Assembly (NCBI GenBank): GCA_951406725.2
Contig: OX597819.1
Span: 32,178,001-32,242,000 of the forward strand
Reading direction: 5' to 3'
DNA from: Octopus vulgaris
Lineage: Eukaryota
Length of the DNA: 64,000 bases
Shown here: piece after piece, positions 13,597 to 28,597 of the stretch
Position numbering within the stretch: position 1 is the first letter of the stretch
Layout of the letters: the number at the start of each line of letters is the position of its first letter
Notes under the pieces: generated by a model
Told to the model about the DNA's origin: nothing
Databases searched by the model: none
The model's input: the letters and a program-made list of their open reading frames with translations, nothing else
Translations under genes and position numbers: made by a program

Positions 13597-13899
13597 TGGA
13601 GGCACATGGCCTAGTGGTTAGAGCAGCGCACTCGCGGTCGAAGGATCGCGGGTTCGAATCTCAGACCGGACGATGTGTGTGTTTATGAGCGAAACACCTA
13701 AGTTCCACACGGCTCTAGCAGGAGGTAATGGCGACTTCTGCCGACTCTTTCACCATGACTTACTCTCACTCTTTCCTCCTACATCTTGCAGCTCACCTGC
13801 GACGGACCGGCGTCCCACCAGGTGGGGAACCTATACGCCAAGGAAACCAGGAAAGCGGCCCTTATGAGCCAGGCGTGGCTCGAGAAGGAACAAACAAAA
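13597..13899 (+). mobile_element. SINE family C, tail type iii
   Basis: Reverse match to 11105-11410. Confidence 0.9.
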
Positions 13900-14189
13900 C
13901 AATAGTACTCACGAAGAAAGCCGAAACACACTCACACACACACACACAACATGCACACATACACATATTCTTTACTCTTCTACTCTTTTACTTGTTTCAG
14001 TCATTTGACTGTGGCCATGCTGGAGTACCGCCTTTTGCCGAGCAAATCGAATAGTACTTATTCTATCGGTATATTTTACCGAACCGCTAAGTTACGGGGA
14101 CGTAAATACATCAGCATCGGTTGTCAAACACAGACACACACACACACACACACGGCGTCCCGTTCAGGTCAGATGGGGGAGAGTTCAGT

Positions 14190-14390
14190 GTGTGAAGGTG
14201 CGCGGCCTAGTAGTGAAAGGCATGATCAAGAAATCATGGTTTCGATTCCTGGAGCGGTCGGTGCGTTGTATTCTGGAGCAAAACATCTCGTTTCATGGTG
14301 CCCTAGTCTACTCAGCTGTAAATGGTGGTGGTGGTGGTGGTGGTGGTGGTGGTGAAGGCTGTGGCGTCGGTGTTGGTGATGGTGGCTGTG

Positions 14391-14421
<31 letters not shown>

Positions 14422-14720
14422 AAGGTGCGTGGCCGAGTGCTGAAGGGGATGCTCTCACGATCGTGAGACTGGTCGTGATACACGATCGTGAGCGGGTGGT
14501 GCGTTGTATATTCTGAAGCGAAACGTTCCATTTCATGTTGCTCCAGTCTACTCAGCTGTAAATGAGTCTCAAAAAAATAGCTGGGAAGCTGCGAAGGACT
14601 GGCGTCCCGTCCAGGGGATGTTGGTAGGGGAGTGTTCTGACCTCAGGTAGGGGAGTGTTCTGACCCATGGAGACTGGGCTAAACTTCTGCCACGTGAGTC
14701 CTCTAGCTCAACACTTACAA
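14190..14720 (+). mobile_element. Older tRNA-head SINE relics (two heads in tandem); related copies at 23960-24090 (-), 30640-30950, 42260-42512 and 60010-60200
   Basis: gttgctccagtc(c/t)actcagctg..aaatgagt segment and A/B-box-like heads. Confidence 0.6.
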
Positions 14721-15868
14721 GACTTAAGTGTGTTCGTGTATGTATGTGTGTATATGCGTGTATCTGTGCGTGTGTATGTGAATCTGTGTGTGAGTGTGTG
14801 CGTATGTATGCACGCGCGTGTGTTTCTGTGTGTGCGTCTGTATGTGTGTGTACGTCTGCGTGTGTATATGACTGTGTCTGTGAGTGTGCGTTAATGTGTA
14901 CGTGTGTGCGAGTGTATATGTGAATCTGTGTGTGAGTGTGTGTGTGTATGCATGTGTGAGTGCATCTGTATGTGTGTGCGTATCTGTGAGTGTGCATGTA
15001 TACGTAACTGTGTCTTTGTGTACGTGTGTGTGCGTCAGTATGCGACTCTGTGTGTGAATGTATGTTCCTACAAGAGTGTGCGTATGTATGTGTGTATGTG
15101 ATTGTTTGCGTGAGTGTGTGTCTGTATGCATGTGTGCGTGCATCTGTGTGTGTGTGTGTGTGTATGTCTGTGTGTAAGTGTACGTGTACACATGACTGTA
15201 TCTGTGGTGTGTGCACGTGTACAAATGTGTGTGTATGTGACTGTGTGTGTGTCTGTGTGTGTGTCTGAATATGTGCTCGTGTATGTGTATGCTTATATGT
15301 GTGTCTATGTGACTGTGTGCGTGTGTATACCCGAATATATACGTCTGTGTGTGCATCTGTACGTGCTTGTGTGTGTGTGTGTGTGTGTGTATGTGTGTGT
15401 GTGCGTATGAATGTGCGTTTGTACGTGTGTATGTATGTGTGTGCGTGTATGTGCTTAGTCAGTTAAGGTTGACCGTCAAACTACATGTCAAAATCTGGAC
15501 AAGAATTCATGACGAAGATTGTCGACTAACAACTTCCAATCTTGACAACTGTTGCTCGGACAATGTTATCTCCCAGTCACCAATGGTTATCCAAGAGGAA
15601 AAACCGCCACCTTGTGCCTGTTCTAATTACTGCCAATGCCATCACAAGTGTTACTGACGAAACACAATCTCTATAAGGCATCGCCCTCGACCCCTTTATA
15701 AATTACCGCCCAAGATTGGTAGTTTTTTTTGGTTTTGCTTCTTTGGTTTTGTGGCTTTTTATTTTTGTCTCCATCTTGAAAGGCAGTGTTGGGAAAAATA
15801 CTTCGTCGCATTCTGTCCTATGCTCCAATAACTCTGAAAAGCCGTCTTTACGTGTGTGTGTGTGTGTG

Positions 15869-15927
<59 letters not shown>

Positions 15928-16359
15928 TAGTGTTTATATATATATATATATAAAGCACCCACTACACTCTCGAAGTGGTTGGCGTTAGGAAGGGCATCCA
16001 GCTGTAGAAACTCTGCCAGATCAAGATTGGAGCCTGGTGCAGCCATCTGGTTCACCAGCCCTCAGTCAAATTGTTCAACCCATACTAGCATAGAAAGCAG
16101 ACGTTAAACGATGATGATGATGATGATGATATATTATTGCCGCTTTTTTTCAATGAATTTTATTCAGCAAAAACAATAACATGTAACAAAAACATCTTTA
16201 AATGATTATTCCGGAGCTTATTCACCATCTACTTCAATTACTGTTTCCCATTTGCTTGGCAGTCAGTCAGATCGTCATTTAAAGATGTATTTGTTAAATG
16301 TTGTTAATGTTGAATAAAATTTGTTGAAAAAAAACCGGCAATAATTATGCACCAACCTC

Positions 16360-16406
<47 letters not shown>

Positions 16407-16676
16407 TGTATGTATGTATGTATTTATGTATGTATGTATGTATGTATGTATGTATGTATGTATGTATGTATGTATGTATGTACGTATGTATGTATGTATG
16501 TTTGTATGTATATGTACGTGGGTGTATGTATGTATACATGTACGTTATATAAGTATGTATCTTCATATGGATATATTCATATATATATATATATATATAT
16601 ATGTGTATATATATATATATTAGATATATAAATGTATGGGTATGTATGTGTGTATGTTTGTGCCTGACTGTATTTG

Positions 16677-16710
<34 letters not shown>

Positions 16711-17229
16711 GTTACATATGCAAATAAGTGTGTGTGAGCGCGCACGTGCATCTATGTATATACATATGTTCATATGTATATGTGTGTGTGTATGTTTGTG
16801 CTTGAGTGTGTGTATTTGTATGTGTGTATGTACTATATAGTTCTAACCTACAGACCTCAAAATGAAACTAGGTCGGTGTGTTAATAATGTGTGTGAAAGT
16901 ACTGTTAGCGGCGGTTGTTGACGGAGGCGGTGGTGATAGCGTTGTATACATCATTTAAACCCCAGGTCGGCTTTAACTAAATAGACCTCTCATCCTATCC
17001 CATCCAATCCAGTCCAGTCCAGTCCAACCATGACAGTTCCATCTCATTTTCAGATGTAGTTTATCTAGGACTTCATTCCTTGCTGAACGCATTATTGTTG
17101 TACGTTGACACAGTATAATTAGTCGCGAATTCCTAAGTAACTCTTTCTTCGGGGTCTAGTGACGACAGATGCGGTTCTTGGTACCTGTAGGGTATCGTTG
17201 CTTGTTTTGGTAGTGGTACTAGTGAAGGT

Positions 17230-18110
17230 TTGGCGCTGGTGGTAGTAGAGGTAGTGGTGATGGTGGTGGTGGTGGTGGTGGTAGTAGTGGTTGTTGATGG
17301 TGGTGGTGACGTCGGTGGTGGTATCTGTGGTTGTGGTGGTGGTGCCCGTGTCGTTGTTGGTGTTGGTGGTGGTGGTGGTGGTGGTGGTGGTGGTGGTGGT
17401 GGCCTGTCGGTGGCTGTGGGGATGATGGTGGCGTCAGTGGTTGTGGCGTTGGTGGTGTTTGCAGCCAATACTGCTAATGGCAGTGCTAATAACTGTAGTA
17501 GCATTGTTCGTAAGTGGTAGTGATACGGTGGTAATTGTTGTTGTGGGGGTGGTAGTTGTTGTTGTGAGGAACGGTAGTGGGAGGGGGATTGTCGTCATGG
17601 TAGTAGTAGCGGCTGTTGTAGTGCAGTGTTGGTAGCAGTTGATTGTTGCAGGAGTGGTAGTAGAAGATGATTATTGTTGTTGCTGTTGTTGTGGTTGCTG
17701 TAGAAGTAGTGGTGGTGGTGATGGTGGTGGTGATGGTTGTGGTCGTGGTGGTTGCGGTGGTGGTATTTGTGGTGGTAGGTGGTGGTGGTGGTGTTGTGGT
17801 GGTGTGGTGGTTGTGGTGGTGGTTGTGGTGGTAGTGGTGTGGTGTTTATAGTGGTGGTTGTGGTGGTAGTGGTGACGGTGGTAGTTCTGGTAGTAGTGGC
17901 GGTGGTGTTGGTGGTGGTGGTCTTGTGCGGTGGTGATGGTGGTGATAAGAATAATACTGGTGAGTGCTAGTGTTGTTGTTAATGGTTGTGATGATAGTGA
18001 TGGTGGTAGTGGTGGTTGGGGTGGAAGTGGTAGTGGTGGTGGGGGGGAAGTGGTAGTGGTGGTTGGGGTGGAAGTGGTGGCGGTGGTGGTGGCGGCGGAG
18101 GTGTCGATTC
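17230..18110 (+). repeat. (GGT/GTN)n low-complexity tract
   Basis: Degenerate trinucleotide repeat giving poly-V/G/T/P ORFs in all frames. Confidence 0.9.
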
Positions 18111-18271
18111 GGTGAGAAGCACAGAGTTAAACAGCTGCCAGAATAAACATGGAGTGACAGCGGGGTGAAAGGGGTGGGAGTACGTATGAATAATTTATGA
18201 GTTGGTTTCAGGGTGGTGGTGGTGGTGTGGTAGGGCGGCTGATATAAAAATATATGTTAGGAGGAGGAGGC

Positions 18272-18308
<37 letters not shown>

Positions 18309-18372
18309 GAGAGAGAGGAAGAGAGAGAAAGACAAAATGTGAGATAAAAATGCAAGAGTGAGAAAGAAACAA

Positions 18373-18405
<33 letters not shown>

Positions 18406-18562
18406 CAGAGAGAGAGGAAGAGAGAGAAAGACAAAATGTGAGATAAAAATGCAAGAGTGAGAAAGAAACAAAGAGAGAGAGAGAGAGAGAAAGAGACAGA
18501 GAGAGAGGAAGAGAGAGAAAGACAAAATGTGAGATAAAAATGCAAGAGTAAGAAAGAAACAA

Positions 18563-18595
<33 letters not shown>

Positions 18596-18870
18596 GACAG
18601 AGAGAGAGAGGAAGAGAGAGAAAGACAAAATGTGAGATAAAAAGAGAGAGAGAGAGAGACAGAGAGAGACAGAGAGAGAGAGGAAGAGAGAGAAAGACAA
18701 AATGTGAGATAAAAATGCAAGAGTAAGAAAGAAACAAAGAGAGAGAGACAGAGAGAGACAGAGAGAGACAGAGAGAGAGAGGAAGAGAGAGAAAGACAAA
18801 ATGTGAGATAAAAATGCAAGAGTGAGAAAGAAACAAACAGAGAGAGAGAGAGAGGGAAACGACAGAGAGA
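18272..18870 (+). repeat. Higher-order tandem repeat: ~6 units of ~75-100 bp, each a fixed core plus variable (GA)n
   Basis: Core ggaagagagagaaagacaaaatgtgagataaaaatgcaagagt.agaaagaaacaaa near 18317, 18416, 18507, 18610, 18682 and 18781. Confidence 0.9.
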
Positions 18871-19359
18871 GAGAGAGAGGGGGGTGGCGGTGAGAGTGAT
18901 AGAAAGGGAAAACATGGTAGAGAGAAAGAAGAAAAGAAAAAGAAATAAAGAAAGAGAGTGTGTGAAGGAGAAAGAGAGAGAAATATGAAAATGAAGGAAA
19001 AGAGATTGGAGAGTGAGAGAGAGAGAGAGAGTGAGAGAGAGAGAGAGAGAGAGAAGGAATGAAATAGTATCCGTGCGTTTGTGTTGCGTGTGTTTTGTGT
19101 GTTAACAATGTTAAACGAGAAATCAATTTAAAAGGGAGGAGGAGATGGGGAGAGAGAGAAAGAGAGATAGAGAGTGAGAAGGTGTGAGGGATTGGGGGTA
19201 GTGGGGAAAGAGGAGAAGGGGAGGGATTTTACTGAGTGAGTGAGTGAGTGAGAGAGAGAGAGGAGGAGGACAAAAGGAAGGATTGCTAAGAGTGAGGCAG
19301 TCAAAGAGAATGTCGAAGTACTTTTCAGCGCTTTTACTCTCGTGTGTATATCGAAAAGG

Positions 19360-19414
<55 letters not shown>

Positions 19415-20089
19415 GTGTGTGTGCCTGGGATGTCTATACGGAACCTGAGAAAGGCACTCAACCAGGAATGCTATACCGAAACAAAAGTCCTGAGTAAGGT
19501 TTAAAGCGGCATCAGGCAGCGTGATTCGGGAGTTTCAGGTTTTTTGAGGAATGTGGAACCACTTCTTAGTCACTGTTGTTCCCAAGCCTAATCTAACCCG
19601 GAGTAGTAGCATCTGTCAAGGACCCAGCTATGAGTTAATCAGCATGCTATGGAAGAAACTGCAAGCGCAGACTGCCTTGTGAGTGCCTTGGGAAAGGAAA
19701 AGGCTTTGAGGAGTGTTGAACCATCTCTTTGCCACTGTTGTTCCCACGTCTACTCTGATCTGGAGTGGTGCAGTATAACACCTGTCAGGGTCCCCAGCTA
19801 TGAGTTAATTAGCATATTAAGGCTTGTCTGCCTATGCAGGTGAAGACTTGATCCAACAGACTCTGCGAAAGAAATGTCACGGTTCAATGGAGAAGCGGGC
19901 GGCTGCTGCAATGCATTAAGGAATTCAGAGAGCAAAATGAGACAAGTAAAACACCTTGATCGTTCACTGTCTCCGTCTCCATCCCAATTCGTCTTGACCT
20001 GGTCTTACCACTGGATTGGATGAAGATGGCCATGGATGAGAGAGAGAGAGAGGGAGAGAGGGAGAGAGAGAGAGAGAGTATTTCTTTAT

Positions 20090-20500
20090 TCATCATAAGG
20101 TTGAGAAAAAGAGGGAACAAAACAAACGTTGGGGTCAGGGTATCGAATGAGACGAAACATATGAATAAACAAACAATTAAAATATATACAATTAAATGAG
20201 AATGAGTGATTAACAAAAAATGAAGCGGAGGACGTAGTTGACCCCACAAACCACATACTCACACTGAAGACTTTGATTTCTCCTTTTCTACATTCCCGAT
20301 TAAACAGGTTCTTTCACTCGCAACATACTTGCTATAGACTTCCATCTTTTACGAAACACACTTTGCGACAGGCATTTCTTCTCCAGCCTTAGAGACGTTG
20401 GCAGTACGCAAGTGTTTTTCACTTTAAACAAAATCACCGAACAAGTCAACATTCGTCTATGGTATTCTTAAATATGTTTCAAAATGCTTCGCCCGTAGGT
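20090..20500 (-). pseudogene. Tx1-like LINE extreme 3' relic
   Basis: LRLEKKCLSQSVFRKRWKSIASMLRV followed by a pyrimidine-rich 3' UTR ending aataaagaaata. Confidence 0.45.
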
Positions 20501-20713
20501 GATTTAAATATGGCTTGGGTCATTACTGACTGAAATATATGTAGGCTTGTCTTAGTTTACATACGTATGTCTGTCTGTCTATTTGTCTCTCTTTCCATCT
20601 GTCCGAACATCTGTCTGTCTGTACGTCTATCCGTCTGTCCGTCCGTCCCTCTGTATGTCTGTCTATATATTCTCTTCTGTTATATATTCTCTTCTGTCTA
20701 TATATTCTCTTCA

Positions 20714-20944
20714 AGGCGGCGAGCTGGCAGACACGTTAGCACGCCGGGCGAAATGCGTAGCCGTATTTCGTCTGCCGTTACGTTCTGAGTTCAAATTCCG
20801 CCGGGTCGACTTTACCTTTCATTCTTTCGGGGTCGATAAATAAAGTACCAGTTTCGCAACTGGGGTCGTTGTAATCGACTTAATTCCTTTGTCTGTCCTT
20901 GTTTGTCCCCTCTATGTTTAGTTCCTTGTGGGCAGTAAAGAAAT
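20714..20944 (+). mobile_element. SINE family B monomer (tail 1)
   Basis: Head plus one unit ending aaagaaata; tatatattctcttc on both flanks (TSD-like). Confidence 0.88.
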
Positions 20945-21044
20945 ATATATATTCTCTTCTGTTTTTAATTATTTGAAGTTATGAAGGGGCTAGTTTCTAA
21001 CAAAGGCAAAAGGTTCTATTGTAATGTAGATAATAATAATAATT

Positions 21045-21412
21045 AAAACAAGAGCACTCAGAGAGCGCAAACCTCCGTCAACGTCTTCTCAACGATTAGT
21101 CAAAGATGATTTTTAAAATGAGAATATCTGAAATAAACTCGACTGCTCTCACAAATGAGAATACTAAAAATGAACTCGACCGCTCTCAAACCTTAAGTAA
21201 AAAAAAAAAAACAGGAAAAAATAATCCTGAATCCTTATCTGATACCGGATCGATCCCCAAATCTAATCAGTTCGTGCCAGTCACGAGGTCAAACATTCCT
21301 GAAAGTTTGATCCGAATCCATCCAGCGATTCTTGAGATATCTTGTCCACGGACAAACATATAAAAAGGACTGAAAACAATACCTCCGCCTTCGCTAAGGC
21401 GGAGGTAATAAA
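21045..21412 (-). mobile_element. HINE / Helentron-associated (DINE-1-like) element
   Basis: Minus strand ttattACCTCCGCC-ttagcgaa-GGCGGAGGT (subTIR plus inverted repeat) ... gaCGGAGGT then the palindrome gcgctctctgagtgc; T-rich ends. Confidence 0.75.
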
Positions 21413-21544
21413 TAAAAAAACGTTATACATTGAATTTGAGAAAATCTTGCAGTCTTGTACTGTTCCGCTTACAGATTGTATTTGTAATACGCGTGTGAAC
21501 TAGGGGTTTTTCTGTATATTCTTATGTATGTATGTATGTATGTA

Positions 21545-21594
<50 letters not shown>

Positions 21595-21936
21595 CGTGCG
21601 TGTGTGTTTGCGTGTGTGCGTACGCACGTGTATTCTGGACTTAGATTAGGTGCACCGTAGTACTGCGTCTTGTAAATGGTAGCTAAGCGGATAGACCCTA
21701 ATACACTGATACAGAAATAACCCGTCTATTTCATGCAAGGCGAAGATAAGATAGCGATGATGATGTTGATGATGATGATGATGATTGTATATATGTAATA
21801 TGTATGTATATATATATATCACGTGACCGACCAGACCGTCAGATGTTTTACACATCGCTGGTCACAATGCGTTCGCATTGTTTTAGCCTTTGAATGACGC
21901 CACCCCGCTGGCTAAGCGAGCAGGCCAATGTATATA

Positions 21937-21981
<45 letters not shown>

Positions 21982-22102
21982 GCACCCCGCATCACAGACA
22001 CACACAAACAAGCAATTTTTGTTTACTCTCATATTTTGAAATCGCCATTCAAGAAGTTTATTTTCGTAAACACTCGAGACGAGGGTAAGACGATGATGCC
22101 AA

Positions 22103-22177
<75 letters not shown>

Positions 22178-22421
22178 CAAGAAATATGATAGGTAAGAAT
22201 GCGTAAAAAAAAGCGCATAATTGATAAAGAGAATAACTACTAAGATTGTACAAGAGACAAAGATATCTTGCAAAAGCTTAGTCCAAGCTGCCCCACTTTC
22301 TCCCCTAGTGTTCAAGCTGCCCTCAGTTGTACCTCAAAATAGCCATCATCACTAACATAAGATTTTAGGGAAATAATAATAATAATAATAATAATATCAT
22401 TGTTACTCGGTTATTCAAGTG

Positions 22422-22630
22422 GAGAGCTGGCAGAAACGTTAGCACGCCGAGCGAAATGCCTAGCGTTATTTCGTCTGTTTTTACATTCTGAGTTCAAATT
22501 CCGCCGAGGTCGACTTTGCTTTTCATCCTTCGGGGTCGATAAATTAAGCACCAGTTGCGTACTGGGGTCGATCTAATCGACTGGCCCCTTCCTCCAAAAT
22601 TTCGGTCCTTGTACCTATTATAGAAAAGAA
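22422..22630 (+). mobile_element. SINE family B monomer (tail 2)
   Basis: Ends gactggcccct...aaatttcgg.ccttgtaccta...tagaaaaga. Similar or older copies at 10920-11040, 22995-23193, 29563-29760, 32665-33030, 33485-33700, 60860-61030, 63435-63630 and 63685-63895. Confidence 0.85.
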
Positions 22631-23223
22631 TGATGTATTGTAATGAAAAGTTTCCTTCGTCAAGTGGGCCTACCGGTTTCAATATTTCATTGGGAAATCA
22701 GATCACGTGTGTTATTCTTATTTAGCGGTAATTTTCAGCAGGAAAATACATTTTCTTGTTCTCTGCGGAGATTCAAGTTTTTGGATTAGAGGATAAAATT
22801 CTAATTGCAAAAGAAAGGAGTGGCTGTGTGGTAAGTAGCTTGCTTACCAACCTATCTAGGACGACAATATGCAATGCATCCTCCATTTTGAAAAGGGAAC
22901 AACGCGAGTTACGATACATCTCTTTAATAAGTGTTTTACTATTTTTAATTTTAAAATACACATGGCTACTACTTCTACTATTACTAGTACATTTTCCACA
23001 AGGGCAGCAATTCTGGGGAAGGGGATGAGTCGATTACATCGAACCAGTGTTCAACTGGTACTTATTTTATCGTTCCTCAAAAGATGAAAGGCAAAGTCGA
23101 CTTCGATGGAATTTGAACTTAGAACGTAAAGACGGACGAAATGCCGATAAGCTTTTTGCCTGGCATGCTAACTATTCTGCCAGCTCGCCGCCTTAGATGA
23201 TGATGATGATGATGATGATGATG

Positions 23224-23255
<32 letters not shown>

Positions 23256-23265
23256 TAAAATAATG

Positions 23266-23929
<664 letters not shown>

Positions 23930-24109
23930 TACAGATGTACAGTGTACCATGCATCAGGAATCGAAGTGATCGCAGAGCAACGTGAGATGAAGTGTTTTGC
24001 TCAAGAATACAACACACCACCTGGTCTGGGAATTGAAACTATAATCTCGCGATCGAGAGTTCAACAAACACCCTAACCACTAGGCTATAATGATAGTAAT
24101 AATGTTTAC

Positions 24110-25130
24110 TTTATCAACCTGAAAAGTTGATAAGAAAACCAAGGTTGGTACAGAGTAGAGGACTGCATAAAACGCATATAATAAACGGAAATAACAGAAA
24201 AGAAAGAAATATCAGAGAAAAATTTCTCGAAAGGACGGTGTAAATGACGTCCGAGCTCTAATCGTGGATACCCCACAAAAAGCCTAAGTCATTAAGGTTC
24301 CCTGTTTTCTTTCTCCAATCTTCGATTAAACGGGCTTGCTCTCATTCAGCTCGTTCACTCAGGCTATGCTCACTACTCTCATCCACTTTTCAACAAATCT
24401 GCTATGGCAGCACTTCCCTCTCACCACTCATTTTCATTTTCAAGTGACCTGCAAAAGTTGACGAGGACTTGACCAAAGAGAAAGGTATCGTTCTTCAGCG
24501 ATTTTATTCTCGTCCACTACGCAACCTCTTTCGTCTAAGTCACCAGGCCGAAAAAGGTTATCAGTCCTTTTCGATCAAAGAAAGGTGGCAGAATGATTTT
24601 CTCAATGGACTCAGCTTTTAACCGGTTCAGTCCCACACATTACTGCAGCAGTTCAGCACAACACCACAGATAAGCTCTCCTCGTCAACTGGACAAATATG
24701 AACAAAACGATTTCGTCATTCCGCGTGCATCTTGGACAGGTTCAGCTAACGTTATATCTCGAACTGGCAATGCGCTCCAGTAATACTGCCAGGTCAGGTA
24801 TTTCTGGAAACTATCTATGGGCTGTGGCCTGAAAGCCATATGAATTAAACCAGCCAAATAATTTCCTTCGACGCCCAGAGTTTCTCCAAGAATGTCGTCT
24901 CGTTTTGCCCGCCACTAGTCTTCTATAAAACAGAAGTCTGCAACCGAACTCATTGTTCGACAGTTTCTAACTGTCTGTTAGCGTTTGATAACATTCAAGA
25001 TATCAACGCCCTGTCTTAGTTTTTGCTTGGCCTAGAAAGGTAGCTTTATCACAGAAACAAGCTATAGAAAAACTAGTCTAACAAACTGCGGTCACGCCAT
25101 TAAGGAATTATTAGTGTATCGTACGTATTG
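24110..25130 (-). pseudogene. Tx1/L1-clade LINE ORF2 C-terminal relic
   Basis: Minus-strand LTWQYYWSALPVRD ... CPRCTRNDEIVLFIFVQ (zf-RVT-like), heavily disrupted. Confidence 0.6.
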
Positions 25131-25736
25131 GTCATGTATCCTGTGATAACTCCCTCTCCAAAACCATTCTCCAGGTTACAATTTAGGGAGAGCGAAAGAG
25201 AGGTAAACAGAGAAAGTCCAACTGTCCAAAGGACTGGACAAGTCAAATCACAGCGAACCTGATACACATGACAGAGAACAGAGAGCAGTGGCGACGTGTG
25301 ACTGCGAAATGGTACCCAACAACTGGCTGCATCAGTTGAGACATCTTAATAAAGATTGTACGTCGTCTCAACACATACTTTCGCATCGCCAGGCCATGAT
25401 ATGACAAGTCTCCAAGCGGCGGCTATTGTCAACAAGTGGAAACACGGGAACAGTAGAACGCGTCCTATTCGTAAAACGCAGAAAGCAGTTGCTCCAGCCT
25501 CTTCAGACGTGGACTGGGGCAAAACATAAGAGGCACACAACCCTCAGGCGGTCATTGATGACTAAGTCGATGTTCGCCGCTGCACCATCTTTCATGAATA
25601 GCTTCCTTTCGGCTCGTTTCTGAGCGAAACTCGCCGCCTTGCACGTCACCTTGTCCTAGTTGTTCTCCAATAAGAATGACGACTGTGTATTCGCGTATGA
25701 GTGCGTGCTTATGTGCGCGCGCATGGTAGAGAGAAG

Positions 25737-25776
<40 letters not shown>

Positions 25777-25877
25777 AAGGAAGAGAGAGAGAGAGAGAAA
25801 GAAAGAGAGAGAGAGAGAGGATAGAGAAAGGGCGTGTGTGTGTAATGCATGAGATAGCAGAGAACAGGAACAGAATG

Positions 25878-26001
<124 letters not shown>

Positions 26002-26400
26002 GTGCGTACGAGGGTGGGTGTGTACGTGAGAGAAATGAATAAATATATATATATAACTGTGTGTGTATTACGTAGGTAGGTGTGTGTATATATATATACT
26101 TTTTATACGCGTGTCTATGTACGTACATGGGTATATTATGGGTGTTTATGTTCGAGTGTAAGGCAGAGGAGTGGGAGGAAGAGGAGGGAGGAGGAGAATG
26201 GGGGGAGGAGGTGTAGAGTACAAGTGCAAAAATGAGGAAGAGAGTAGAAAATGGTGGGAAAAGAAGGAGTACAATACCGACTTTGAGAAATGGGTGGAGT
26301 TTCATTCAAGGAAATAGAAATAACTTTAACCTGAATTGTTGAATAAACAATTAGAATATGTTTGTATATGTGTCAAGTGTTACAAACGTCTGTCTGTCTG

Positions 26401-26439
<39 letters not shown>

Positions 26440-26475
26440 CATACACATTCACAAACGCACGTATTCATACACATG

Positions 26476-26543
<68 letters not shown>

Positions 26544-26577
26544 ATATATATATACAGATATATACATACATATATAT

Positions 26578-26614
<37 letters not shown>

Positions 26615-26822
26615 CATACATATATATATATACACATATATATACATATACATACACATATATATATAAATATGCACATACACACATATATACACGCTAC
26701 ACATGTATATATACACATACATACATACATACATACACACATAGACGCAAATATATAGCATACACACTCATAAACACATGCACACACACATATATATATA
26801 CATACATGCATATACACACACA

Positions 26823-26857
<35 letters not shown>

Positions 26858-27240
26858 ATATACATATATATATATATATGTGTGTGTGTGTATGTATGTA
26901 TGTATGTATGTATGTATGTATGTGTGTATGTATATATGTATGTATGTCTGTATGCGTGCGGGTGTGTGTGTGTAGCATACACACTCACAAACACATGCAT
27001 ACATATAAGTCTATATAACCACATGCACACGCGGGCACATACAGACACACATAGACACATGTTGACATACGCAAGCGTGCCCCTCACGCACACCCATATA
27101 CACACTTATATAACTGAAGTTGGTAGAGATATAATGAATAGTCGTAGTAGCAGCGCGTCGCTGCATCCACAACTGACACCCTTGCACGACTCAGGCGACA
27201 ACTCTCCATCCAAACCATGGGTCTGTTTGGGTAATTGTTC

Positions 27241-27838
27241 CTATTTCTTTATTACCCCCAAGGGGCTAAACACAGAGGGGACAAACAAGGACAGACATAG
27301 GTATTAAGTCGATTACATCGACCCCAGTGCGTAACTGGTACTTAATTTATCGACCCCGAAAGGATGAAAGGCAAAATCGACCTCGGCGGAATTTGAACTC
27401 ACAACGTAACGCAGACGAAATACCTATTTCTTTATTACCCACAAGGGGCTAAACATAGAGAGGACAAACATGGACAGACATAGGTATTAAGTCGATTATA
27501 TCGACCCCAGTGCGTAACTGGTACTTAATTTATCGACCTCGAAAGGATGAAAGGCAAAGTCGACCTCGGCGGAATTTGAACTCACAACGTAACGCAGACG
27601 AAATACCTATTTCTTTATTACCCACAAGGGGCTAAACACAGAGGGGACAAACAAGGACAGACAAATGGATTAAGTCGATTACATTGACTCCAGTGCGTAA
27701 CTGGTACTTAATTTATCGACCCCGAAAGGATGAAAGGCAAAGTCGACCTCGGCGGAATTTGAACTCACAACGTAACGGCAGACGAAATACCGCTAAGCAT
27801 TTCGCCCGGCGTGCTAACGCTTCTGCCAGCTCGCCGCT
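27241..27838 (-). mobile_element. SINE family B trimer
   Basis: Head plus three units. Confidence 0.9.
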
Positions 27839-28042
27839 AAACACAGAGGGTTTTACTTACGAGGTCGGAGTGCAAATTCTACCTCAACCACTTATAGTTA
27901 CTTGCCTTTCACGACACGCAGGGGGAAACGTTGGGCTTATTGTTTGATGCGCCGAACCTCAAACAGCATCATGTACTGAATGATATACAAAATTTTCCTA
28001 ATGAATGTATATTTGCCTTGCAGATAAGAAAAAACGAAAGAT

Positions 28043-28597
28043 AACATAGGTATTAAGTCGATTACATCGACCCTAGTGCGTAACTGTGGTACTTAATTTA
28101 TCGACCCCGAAAAGGATGAAATTTACAGTCGACCTCGGCGGAATCTTGAACTCACAACGTAACGGACAGACGAAGTATACCTATTTCTTTATTACCCACA
28201 AGGGCTAAACATAGAGGGGACAAACAAGGACAGACATAGGTATTAAGTCGATTACATCGACCCTAGTGCGTAACTGTGGTACTTAATTTATCGACCCCGA
28301 AAGGATGAAAGGTAAAGTCGACCTCGGCGGAATTTGAACTCACAACGTAACGGCAGACGAAATACCTATTTCTTTATTACCCACAAGGGCCTAAACACAG
28401 AGGGGACAAACAAGGACAGACATAGGTATTAAGTCGATTACATCGACCCCAGTGCGTAACTGGTACTTAATTTATCGACCCCGAAAGGATGAAAGGCAAA
28501 GTCGATCTCGGCGGAATTTGAACTCACAACGTAACGGCAGACGAAATACCGCTAAGCATTTCGCCCGGCGTGCTAACGTTTCTGCCAGCTCGCCGCC
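28043..28597 (-). mobile_element. SINE family B trimer
   Basis: Head plus three units (last one incomplete). Confidence 0.9.

Noticed and set aside
15455-15720. Possible unique coding exon (Cys-rich end of ORF 15349-15657)
   Set aside because: No recognisable domain or convincing splice sites; needs RNA-seq or tblastx.
17080-17504. Signal-peptide/mucin-like ORF (17133-17504, minus) or an exon after ccctacag
   Set aside because: Mostly (ACC)n low complexity; all frames stop soon after the putative acceptor; no recognisable domain.
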